A stretch of 64,000 bases of DNA, taken from contig CAVTTN010000002.1 in the NCBI GenBank assembly GCA_963737655.1, forward strand, positions 5,088,001 to 5,152,000, written 5' to 3'. Positions 20,379-29,178 of the stretch are shown piece by piece; within the stretch, counting starts at the first letter, position 1; each line of letters begins with the position of its first letter. Source of the DNA: an uncultured Planctomycetota bacterium (lineage in GTDB: Bacteria > Planctomycetota > Planctomycetia > Isosphaerales > Isosphaeraceae). Both the position numbers and the translations under genes were made by a program. Below the pieces are notes generated by a model. The model did no database searches. It was not told the DNA's origin and was given only the letters and a program-made list of their open reading frames with translations.

Positions 20379-21601
20379 ATGACGTCCGCCGTCGCGTCGA
20401 TCGAGGAGGTCCGGTCGCGATTCCCCGCCCTGGCGCGAGAGCATCGCGGCCGACCGGTGGCGTATTTCGACGGCCCCGGCGGGACCCAGGTGCCGCGATC
20501 GGTGATCGACTCCGTGGCCGATTACCTCGCCCACCACAACGCCAACACCCACTGGGCGTTCCCCACCAGCGAGGAGACCGACGCCGCCCTGACCCTCGCC
20601 CGATCCGCCCTCGCCGACTTCCTCGGCGCCTCGCCCGGCGAGGTCGCCTTCGGCGCGAACATGACGACACTCACCTTCCACCTCGCCCGGGCGCTGGGCC
20701 GACGCCTCGGGCCCGGCGATGAGATCGTCGTCACCGAGCTCGACCACCGCGCGAACGTCGATCCCTGGCTCGCCCTCGTGGCCGACCGAGGCGTCACGAT
20801 CCGAACCGCCCGGATGGACCCGCGCTCCGGGACGACCGACCGCGACGACCTGGCCGCCCAGATCGGCGAACGCACCAGGATCGTGGCCGTCGGCGCCGCC
20901 TCGAACGCCCTGGGGACGATCACGAACGTCTCCGAAATCGCCGAGATGGCCCACGCCGTCGGCGCCGTGTGCTTCGTCGATGCCGTGCATTACGCCCCTC
21001 ATCGGCTGGTGGACGTGGAGGCGATGCACTGCGACTTCCTCGCCTGCTCGGCGTACAAGTTCTACGGGCCTCACGTCGGCATCCTTTACGGACGGCACGA
21101 CCTCCTGCAATCGCTCGACGTCCCGAAACTGAAGCCCGCGCCCGACTCCGCGCCGAGCGCCTGGAGACGGGCACTCAGAATCACGAGGGGATCGTCGGAG
21201 CGGCGGCGGCGGTCGAGTTCCTCGCCTCGCTGGCCCAGGGGCCGAGCCGCCGAGACCGCCTCCGCCTCGCCTTCGACGCCCTCCACCAGCGGGCCGAAGG
21301 GCTGGTCGAGCGGCTCTGGGACGGCCTCTCGGCGATTCCCGGGGTCCAGCTTTTCGGCCCTCCACCCGCGAACCCAAGGACGCCCACCGTCTCGTTCGCC
21401 GTCGAGGGCCGACCGTCGGAAAAAATCGCCCGACGGCTCGCCGACCTCGCCCTGTTCGTCTCCCACGGCGATTTCTACGCCTCGACGGCCGTCGAGAGGC
21501 TCGGGCACGCGCAAGACGGCCTCGTCCGGGTGGGCTGCGCGTGCTATTCCACGGAGGACGAGGTCGATCGCCTGATCGCCGGAATCCGGGAGGCCGTCTG
21601 A
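20379..21601 (+). CDS. Cysteine desulfurase-like class V aminotransferase; frameshift ~21153
   Basis: RSRFPAL, YFDGPGGTQVP, LDHRANVDPW, DAVHYAPH, CSAYKFYGPH, then ERLETGTQNHEG in the next frame. Confidence 0.9.
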
Positions 21602-21966
21602 TGGGCATGGACAAGGTGAATTTGGCCGAGAAGCTCGGCAAGATCGGCGACGTCTGGAACCCCCGGATCGTCGGCGAGTTGAACGGCCAGCACGTGAAGC
21701 TCGTGAAGTTCCAGGGCGAGTTCCTCTGGCACCACCACGCCGACGAGGACGAGCTCTTCCTGGTCCTCAAGGGCCGCTTCCGCATGGAGCTGCGAGACCG
21801 TCACATCGAATTGAGCGAGGGGGAATTCCTGATCGTCCCCCGAGGCGTCGAGCACCGCCCGGTGGCGGAGAACGAGACCGAAGTCCTCCTGTTCGAGCCG
21901 GCCTCCACGCTCAACACCGGGGACGTCCGCAACGAGCGGACGGTGGCCGAGCCGGAGAGACTCTGA
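21601..21966 (+). CDS. Cupin domain protein
   Basis: WNPRIVGELNGQHVKLVKFQGEFLWHHHADEDELF...VPRGVEHRP. Confidence 0.9.
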   Translation: MGMDKVNLAEKLGKIGDVWNPRIVGELNGQHVKLVKFQGEFLWHHHADEDELFLVLKGRFRMELRDRHIELSEGEFLIVPRGVEHRPVAENETEVLLFEPASTLNTGDVRNERTVAEPERL

Positions 21967-22137
21967 GAAGCAGTCCGAAGAGGCGATTTCGGCGAAATCA
22001 AGGCATCTCGGCAGGTCCGCCAGTGGGTTTGGCGACGGAGATTCCGCACCGACCGGATTCGTCCGACAGCCCCTTGTCGCCGTCTTTCGTCCCGATCACA
22101 ATCGCAAATGTTAGAGGGATGGAACGACCGTCGCGAG

Positions 22138-22200
22138 GAAAGGGGTCAGGAGGCGATCCTGAGTCTAAATAAGCCTACAATCGGCTCCCGACCCCTTTTC
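22138..22200. repeat. Palindrome family F (AAAGGGGTCAGGAG...CTCCTGACCCCTTT) copy 1
   Basis: AAAGGGGTCAGGAGGCGAT-CCTGAGTCTAAATAAGCCTACA-ATCGGCTCCCGACCCCTTTT. Confidence 0.8.
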
Positions 22201-22385
22201 TTGGTCTTTACCACGTTCTCAAACCGGAGTGGAACGAGCAGCCGGGAACGGGTAATTTGAGTACGAACAATGCCAGTGTTTACGGAACTAGTGTGCTCAG
22301 GATCCTGAAGACTTGGAGAGGCAAGCCCAAGAAGCCCGTTCTGTCCACCAAAGCGAACCCCGTTGTATTAAAAGTAATTGTGCAT

Positions 22386-23342
22386 ATGCTCAAATTCAAT
22401 TTATTTTGCGGATGGTGGATCGCCTGGTGCTTTGAGGTCGTCCTGGCAGGGACAGGGCTCGCGCAGGCCGTTCCCGCCGGTGGGTCTCCGGGCGGGGCCG
22501 ACCGCACCACCACACCCGCCCCGAGGACCCACGTCGATTTCTGCTCCCGCGGCCTCTTTTGGCACGGCCGCAGGGAGTACGACAAGGCCATCGCCGACTT
22601 CGACGAGGCCATCCGCCTCTGCCCGGGATACCTCGCGGCGATCTGCAATCGAGGGAACGTGTGGAGGGACAAGAATGAGTACGACAAGGCCATCGCCGAC
22701 TTCACCGAAGCCATCCGCCTGGAACCGAACACGAGCCAGCATTACGTAGCTCGAGGGTCCTCCTGGCACGCCAAGGGGGAAGGGAACCGGGCCCTGGCGG
22801 ACTTCGACGAGGCCATCCGGCTCAACCCGGGCAACCCCGATGGGTTCAGTTGGCGGGGCTGCTTCTGGTATGAGAATGGGAGTTTCGACAAGGCCATCGC
22901 CGACTTCACCGAAGCGATCCGGCTCCAGCGTGGCGACTCCGAGGATCTTCACCGGCGCGGCTTCGTCCTGAAGGACAAGGGGGAGTACGCCAAGGCCCTG
23001 GCCGACTATGATCAGGCCGTCCGTGCCTGCCCCGAGTACGTCCCGGCGCTGAAGGACCGCGCGTGGCTGCTGGCCTCGTGCCCCGACTCCAGGATCCGCG
23101 ATGGGGCCAGGGCCGTCGAGTCGGCCTCGATGGCGTGTAAACATGGCGGATCGAACGATGCCGACTGCTTGGCCGCGCTCGCGGCGGCCTACGCCGAGTC
23201 GGGCGACTTCACCCGGGCGATCGAGGCCCAGGAGAAGGCGAACAAGTACGACCCCGACCAGGGCGCTCGCGGAGAGGGCGCTCGGCGGCTGAGGCTCTAC
23301 CGAGAGCGGAAGCCCTATCGAATGAGGATCGCGGGACCTTGA
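22386..23342 (+). CDS. Tetratricopeptide repeat protein
   Basis: Repeated YDKAIADF(D/T)EAIRL; C-terminal AWLLASCPDSRIRDG..AV..A; start uncertain (ORF opens at 22257). Confidence 0.85.
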   Translation: MLKFNLFCGWWIAWCFEVVLAGTGLAQAVPAGGSPGGADRTTTPAPRTHVDFCSRGLFWHGRREYDKAIADFDEAIRLCPGYLAAICNRGNVWRDKNEYDKAIADFTEAIRLEPNTSQHYVARGSSWHAKGEGNRALADFDEAIRLNPGNPDGFSWRGCFWYENGSFDKAIADFTEAIRLQRGDSEDLHRRGFVLKDKGEYAKALADYDQAVRACPEYVPALKDRAWLLASCPDSRIRDGARAVESASMACKHGGSNDADCLAALAAAYAESGDFTRAIEAQEKANKYDPDQGARGEGARRLRLYRERKPYRMRIAGP

Positions 23343-23374
23343 GGGTTCCTGGCCGCGGCGAAAGCCCGTGACCG

Positions 23375-23437
23375 AAAAGGGGTCAGGAGCCGATTTTGAG
23401 TCTAACTAAGCGTTTAAACGGCTCCTGACCCCTTTTC
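23375..23437. repeat. Palindrome family F copy 2
   Basis: AAAAGGGGTCAGGAGCCG-ATTTTGAGTCTAACTAAGCGTTTAAA-CGGCTCCTGACCCCTTTT; loop resembles that of copy 1. Confidence 0.8.
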
Positions 23438-23549
23438 TTCCGGCCAGGTCGCCATCGCCCCTCCGAGAGCACGGGTCGAGTACGCCCCGTGGCACCCGGA
23501 AGCGGCCACCAATGCCGCCCGCCCGGCAGGGGCGACCTGGATTGAGGAC

Positions 23550-24318
23550 ATGATTATGCGTCTGCGACGACCCCGCCTGACGCTCGGCGTGATGATGGGA
23601 TTTGTCCTCGCGATCGGCGGGTTGCTCGGCTGGGTCGCGCATTGGGCTCGGACCCAGCGTGAGGCGGTCGCGGCGATCGTCCGTGCCGGCGGGGATGTCG
23701 TTTATGACTATCAGTGGGCGGATTTCGATGCCAGGCCCCGCGGCCCGGATTGGTTGCGACGGCTCATCGGGCGGGACTACTTCGACACGGTGTATGGAAT
23801 CAATGCCAACCGGCCGGCGGTCGATGACGCGGTCGTGGGCCAGATCGGCCGGCTCACGGAGGTCCGATTCCTCGGGCTCCAGGGGCTCGACCGTGACCGA
23901 CGCCGGCCTCGCCAGGCTGGCCGGGTTGCACAAGCTTCGCGTACTCCACATGCGAGCGCCGAACGTGAACGGCTCCGGGTTCCGGCATCTCTCCGATCTC
24001 CGCAACCTCTACGCCCTCAACTTCAATCAGACGCCGATCACCGACGAGAACCTGGCGTATCTGTTGCCCCTGACATCGATCGAGCGTCTGGGCTTGTACA
24101 AGACCCGAATCACCGACGCCGGGATGGCGCAGGTGGCCAGGCTGAGCCGCTTGAACACGCTGACGCTCGAATCGTCCGACATCGGCGACCCGGGGCTCCG
24201 CGAACTTGGCCGCATCCGCCGGCCGCTCCGGGTCGCCGTGAGGCCCAGGACGCGAATCACACCCGAGGGCATTCACGCGATGAAGGCGGTTGCCCCCAAG
24301 CTGGTGATTACCCCGTGA
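23550..24318 (+). CDS. Leucine-rich repeat membrane-anchored protein; frameshift ~23883
   Basis: RPRLTLGVMMGFVLAIGGLLGW, QREAVAAI..AGG.V.YD, then VTDAGLARL / ITDENLAYL / ITDAGMAQV LRRs. Confidence 0.8.
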
Positions 24319-24382
24319 ATGGATGAGCGAGGGGAAAAGCCGGAAAAAAGGCCAAGAAGAGGGGCCAGGAGCGAAGAGAAGA

Positions 24383-24595
24383 AAAAGGGGCCAGGAGCCG
24401 ATCCTTCAACGCCCCTGCCGGAGTTGTGCTCAGGATTGCTCTGTAGAAGACCCCGGCAAGGCTCGGAGATCGAGTCGGTCCGACTTCAGTCGGGCCTCCA
24501 GGACGAGATATTTTGTAGGCCCGACTGAAGTCGGACCGACTCGATCCCTTTCCATCACCGGGCTTTTCGACAGAGCACTCCTGACCCCTCTTCTT
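24383..24595. repeat. Composite element: family F arms enclosing family E copy 2
   Basis: AAAAAGGGGCCAGGAGCCGAT...[TTGCTCTGTAGAAGACCC...GTCCGACTTCAGTCGGGCCT...AGGCCCGACTGAAGTCGGAC...TTTTCGACAGAGCA]CTCCTGACCCCT. Confidence 0.75.
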
Positions 24596-24632
24596 GCCCC
24601 CGGTCGGCCCGGCTCCCAGGAAGTTCCGAACC

Positions 24633-24661
24633 TTGCGGAAGCGGCGGGTCGCGTCGATAAT
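24633..24661 (+). promoter_or_regulatory. Putative sigma70 promoter of rnd
   Basis: TTGCGG-N17-GATAAT. Confidence 0.45.
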
Positions 24662-24730
24662 GGGCGGGGCCGAGGGGCCTTGGCCATCGGGGCCGGGCCG
24701 GGCCTTCTCGCGGTCCCGAGCGTTCCCTTC

Positions 24731-25945
24731 ATGCCGACTTCTCCGCCCGAAGAACTCCTCGAAACGCCGGACGAGCTGGCCGGTCTGGTCGATCATCTCC
24801 GCCGGGCCGGGCGGTTCGCGTTCGACACCGAGTTCGTCTCCGAGGAGACGTTCGAGCCGGTCCTCTGCCTGATCCAGGTGGCCACCCGCGACCGCCTGGC
24901 CGCCGTCGACCCGCTGGCCGTCCGCGACCTCGACGCCTTCTGGGACGTGGTGAACGACCCGGCAATCGAGGTCGTGATGCACGCCGCGGGCGAGGACCTG
25001 CGGATCGATTCGCTGCGGACCGGCCGGTTGCCGAAGCGGGTCGTGGACGTCCAGATCGCCGCCGCGATCGTCGGGTTCAACTACCCGATGTCGCTGGGGA
25101 ACCTCGTCCACCAGACCCTCGGCGTGAGCGTCCGGGGCGGGGAGACCCGCACCGACTGGAGGCGTCGGCCGCTGAGCCCGGCCCAGATCCATTACGCTTT
25201 GGACGACGTCCGCTACCTGCTCGACGCCGCCGACGAGCTCGATCGACGGATGGACGCGCTGGGCCGCCGCGAGTGGGCCGAGATCGAATATGCCGGGATG
25301 ATCGAGGCGGTGCGATCCCGGGACGACGACGATCGTTGGCGGCGATTGCCGGGCCTGCACCAGCTCAACCGCCGGGGTCTGGAAGTGGCCAGGAGGCTGG
25401 CCGAGTGGCGCCGCGAGGAGGCCCGACGCACCAACCGCCCGCTCCGGCAGGCCCTCCGCGATGACCTCCTGATCGCGATCGCCAAGAGGCAACCCGCGAC
25501 CAAGCGCGACCTGGAGGCCCTCCGGGATTTCAACCGCCCCCACCTGCTCGCCCGGTCCAACGAGGTGCTCTCGGCCGTGGCCGGCGCCCAGGGGATCGCC
25601 CCCGAGGACCTCCCCGAGCACGCCGAGCGGTTCGACGACGGACCGGGCGTCTCCATGGTCGTCAGCCTGCTCACGGCCACCCTGAACCAGTGCGCGGCCC
25701 AGGACAAGGTGGCGGCCAGCCTGATCGGCTCGGCGGCCGACCTCAAGGAACTGATCCGCTGGCACGTCGCCGGCCGACCGGCCGACCGCCCGCCGTACCT
25801 GCTCCAGGGCTGGCGAGGCTCGGTCTGCGGCCAGACCTTGCTGGACGTCCTCGCGGGCAAGCGGTCGCTGAGGATCGTCGATCCCGAGGCCGAAGTGCCG
25901 GTGGCGCTCGACCCGATCGCCCCGGGCGAGGCGAGGCCGTCATGA
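24731..25945 (+). CDS. rnd: Ribonuclease D
   Basis: AFDTEF, LCLIQVA, MHAAGEDL, DVQIAA, TDWRRRPLSPAQIHYALDDV, HRDC, LLQGWR. Confidence 0.92.
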   Translation: MPTSPPEELLETPDELAGLVDHLRRAGRFAFDTEFVSEETFEPVLCLIQVATRDRLAAVDPLAVRDLDAFWDVVNDPAIEVVMHAAGEDLRIDSLRTGRLPKRVVDVQIAAAIVGFNYPMSLGNLVHQTLGVSVRGGETRTDWRRRPLSPAQIHYALDDVRYLLDAADELDRRMDALGRREWAEIEYAGMIEAVRSRDDDDRWRRLPGLHQLNRRGLEVARRLAEWRREEARRTNRPLRQALRDDLLIAIAKRQPATKRDLEALRDFNRPHLLARSNEVLSAVAGAQGIAPEDLPEHAERFDDGPGVSMVVSLLTATLNQCAAQDKVAASLIGSAADLKELIRWHVAGRPADRPPYLLQGWRGSVCGQTLLDVLAGKRSLRIVDPEAEVPVALDPIAPGEARPS

Positions 25946-26782
25946 CCCGCAAGATCGGCGTATATACCAACGCGTTCGGCCCCGAGGGGGTCTGCGCGGC
26001 GGCCGATCGGGTCCGCGAGACCGGCCTCGACCGCCTCGAACTGGCCATGAAGCCCCACGACCTCGGCGGGCTGGTGATCCCCGAATCGGCGATCGTGAAC
26101 GAGGCCGCCGACGACGCCACCGCCTCCGCGTTCGCCCGGCTCCTGGCCGATCGCGGGGTCAGGCTCAGCGGAGGGAACGTCGGCGGGGGCGACCTGCGGA
26201 CCGAGGCCGGGGTGGCGCTCGACCGAGCGCCGGATGCGGTTCGCCCGCACGTGGTTCGGCGTCGAGATCGCCATTTCCGGGGCCGGACAGCCCGAGGACG
26301 ATGCCCAGAGGCGGACGATTGTCAGCAATCTCCGCCGGCTGGGCGACGTGGCCGGGTCGCTCGGGATGGTCCTGGCGCTGGAGACCCACGCCGGGCCCAC
26401 CCAGAACGCCAGGGCCATGCTCGCCTTGATGGCGGACGTCGATCATCCCCGCGTCGCCCTGAATTTCGACACCGGCAACATCGCCTATTACAACGACGGC
26501 GCCGACCCGGTGGCCGAGCTCCGGCAGGTGGCGCCCCGGGTGAAGAACGTCCACCTGAAGGACAACCGAGGCCGGTTCCGCGACTGGTTCTTCCCCGCGA
26601 TCGGCGACGGCGGATCGGTCGATTTCCGCGAGATCCGCCGAATCCTCGACGACCACGGCTTCCTCGGCCCGTTCACCATCGAGATCGAAGGCATCGAAGG
26701 CGAGCCCGAACCCGGCCTCGACGCACGGATCGACCGAATCCGCCGGAGCGTCGAGCATCTCCGGGAATGTGAATATCTGTAG
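25942..26782 (+). CDS. Sugar phosphate isomerase/epimerase (xylose isomerase-like TIM barrel); frameshift ~26220
   Basis: MTRKIGVYTN...; LALETH, LNFDTGN, VHLKD, FTIEIE. Confidence 0.85.
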
Positions 26783-26938
26783 GGTGCATGAAATGCACCG
26801 TCATGTCGGGTGCATGAAATGCACCAACCCCGCGGCGGCCCCCGGCCGCCCCCATGTTTCGGTCGTTTCCCGTCGAGAAAGAGGATTGGGGAGGCGGCCG
26901 GAAGCCGCCGCAACTTTGGTGCATTTCATGCACCCTAC
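26779..26938. repeat. GTAG-type REP cluster, family B (GTAGGGTGCATGAAATGCACC)
   Basis: Direct copies at 26779 and ~26805, inverted copy at 26918-26938, between convergent genes. Confidence 0.85.
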
Positions 26939-27711
26939 ATTTCCATCGCCAGCCGGCAATCGGCGATCCACAAGGCCCGGAAATACCTCAGGACGCGTTC
27001 GGGGTCCGAACTCTCGGGGATCTCGGCCAGGGTGTAGCCGTCGTACTCGATCCCCTGCAAGAGCCCGAACAGCTCGACCCAGGGGTACGCCTCGTCGGTC
27101 AGGTCTCGCAGGTGGACCTCGCGCACCTTCTTCGCCACGAGCGCGAAATTGTCCTTGATCGACCCATTCACCACGTCGCTCGGGTTCGAATTCCAGCAGA
27201 CGAACACATTGGGATGATCCGCATATCCCATGATCTTCGCCAGGTCGGGGACGAGGCTGGTGACGGCGCCGTGGACCTCGACGCGGATCTCCACGCCGAA
27301 CCCCTGGGCGTCCTCGCCGACCTCGTGCAGCGCGGCGCCGATCCGGCGGAACGCGACGTCGGGGTCTTCGCCGCGGGGGACGCCGTTGGGCCGGACCTTC
27401 ACGCCCGGGGCGCCGACGTCGTGGGCGAGCCTCACATACGCCTTGGTCCCCTCGATGTTCTTCTTCACCTCGGCCGGGTCGTTCGAATGATACTCGAACG
27501 CGCTGCCCAGCCCGGCGAGCTCGACGGGAGAGTCGGCGAACTTGCGGCGGACCTCGGCCCGGGCCTCCGGGGAAAGCTCCACCTCCACGCCGTGCTTGTG
27601 GCTCGTCCGAAGCTCCACGCCCGAGAACTTCAGCGCTTCGAGCCGCTTCAGGATCGTGTCGAGGTCCCAATCCTTCGCGATGTTGTACGTGACGGTGCCG
27701 AGGCGGAACAT
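26935..27711 (-). CDS. Sugar phosphate isomerase/epimerase family protein
   Basis: GVELRTSHKHGVE, GVKVRPNG, IRVEVHG, CWNSN, VHLRDL. Confidence 0.85.
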   Translation of the reverse strand: MFRLGTVTYNIAKDWDLDTILKRLEALKFSGVELRTSHKHGVEVELSPEARAEVRRKFADSPVELAGLGSAFEYHSNDPAEVKKNIEGTKAYVRLAHDVGAPGVKVRPNGVPRGEDPDVAFRRIGAALHEVGEDAQGFGVEIRVEVHGAVTSLVPDLAKIMGYADHPNVFVCWNSNPSDVVNGSIKDNFALVAKKVREVHLRDLTDEAYPWVELFGLLQGIEYDGYTLAEIPESSDPERVLRYFRALWIADCRLAMEM

Positions 27712-27801
27712 CGGGTGACTCCGAAGGGCGACGACCGGACCGGGCAGGATCGGCCGAGCTTACCCGATCCGATCCGCCTCGCCGAGTCTCGCCCTTCGCG
27801 A

Positions 27802-29154
27802 TCAGAGCAATTCCTCGATCACCCGACCATCGGAGCCGATCGCGATCGGCCGGCCGGAGCGATCGACGAACGAGGTCTCCGGGTCGATCCCGAGCTTCCG
27901 GTAGATCGTCACGGCGAGGTCTTGCGGCCGGAGCGGGCGGTCCCTGGGGACTTCGCCTCGCGAGTTCGACGAGCCGATGACCTGCCCGCCCTTCACGCCG
28001 CCTCCGGCCACCAAAACGCTCATGACCTCGCCCCAGTGGTCCCGGCCGGGGACCGGATCGACGCCGGGCACGCCTCCGGTGTTGATCCGAGGCGTCCGGC
28101 CGAACTCGCCCATCACCAGGACCATCGTCGAGTCCAGCATCCCCCGGGTTTCCAGGTCGTCCACCAGGGTAGCCACGGCGCGATCGACGTTCGGCACCGC
28201 GCTCTTCACCGATTTTTCCAGGCTGGAATGCATGTCCCAGCCCCCGAAGGTGAGCGTGACGAACCGGACGCCGGCGCCCACGAGGCGGCGGGCGACCAGG
28301 GCCGATTGGCCCCAGGTGTTCCGGCCGTAGCGGTCGCGAAGATGAGGGCTCTCGCGCTTCAGGTCGAACGCCGCGCGGGCCTCGGGGCCGGAGATCATGG
28401 CGAAGGCTTGCTGGCCGAAGCGGTCCAGGCCGTCCATCAGGCCCGAGGCATCGGCGTCGGTTCGGGCCGAGTCGAACGCCGAGAGCAGGGCCCGGCGGTC
28501 GGCCAGCCGGCGGACGTCCACGTCTCCCGGGGGCGAGAGGTTCGCCACCCCGTAGCCGTCGGAGTTCGGGTCGCCGTCGGCCGAGAACGGCCCGTGGGCC
28601 ACGCCCAGATACGCCGCGCCGTGATAGCCCGGCACCAGGCCGACGGAATGGGTGTTCGGCAGGCCGACGTAGGCCGGCATCCCCGACGTCTTCGCCCCCT
28701 TGACCTTCGCCACGACCGACCCGATCGACGGGTATTTGGGCGAAAGATTCGTCGAGTTCGAGCCGAGGTATCCGGTGAGCATCCAGTGGGCGGCGGCGAA
28801 GTGGTCGCCGTTGTCGTGGTGCATCGACCGGATGATGGTCATCTTGTCCATCAAGCGGGCGTGCTCGGGCATGAGCTCGGAGACCTGGACGCCCGGGACG
28901 GCCGTGGGGATCGCCTTCAACGGGCCTCGAAATTCCGTCGGGGCGTCGGGCTTGGGGTCATACGTCTCGTGCTGAGGGGGCCCGCCGTCGAGCCAGACGA
29001 GGATCACCGAGAGGTCGCCGCCGGGCGCCTGCGGCCTCGCCGTCGCCCGGAGCCGCAAGACGTCGGGCAGGGTCAGGCCCGAGAGGCCCAGGACGCCCAC
29101 CTTCAACAGCGATCGCCGCGAGAGGCCCGGTCGGATCGGTCGGGAGTCGCTCAT
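27802..29154 (-). CDS. DUF1501 domain protein
   Basis: SRRSLLKVG, WLDGGPPQHETYDPKPDAP, RDRYG, GWDMH, GEFGRTPRIN, GRDHW. Confidence 0.92.
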   Translation of the reverse strand: MSDSRPIRPGLSRRSLLKVGVLGLSGLTLPDVLRLRATARPQAPGGDLSVILVWLDGGPPQHETYDPKPDAPTEFRGPLKAIPTAVPGVQVSELMPEHARLMDKMTIIRSMHHDNGDHFAAAHWMLTGYLGSNSTNLSPKYPSIGSVVAKVKGAKTSGMPAYVGLPNTHSVGLVPGYHGAAYLGVAHGPFSADGDPNSDGYGVANLSPPGDVDVRRLADRRALLSAFDSARTDADASGLMDGLDRFGQQAFAMISGPEARAAFDLKRESPHLRDRYGRNTWGQSALVARRLVGAGVRFVTLTFGGWDMHSSLEKSVKSAVPNVDRAVATLVDDLETRGMLDSTMVLVMGEFGRTPRINTGGVPGVDPVPGRDHWGEVMSVLVAGGGVKGGQVIGSSNSRGEVPRDRPLRPQDLAVTIYRKLGIDPETSFVDRSGRPIAIGSDGRVIEELL

Positions 29155-29178
29155 GGGTCCACCCCCATCGGGAGAGAA

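Noticed and set aside
22138..24595. Bona fide integron
   Set aside because: No intI and no clear RYYYAAC/GTTRRRY attC ends; kept only as a cassette-like hypothesis
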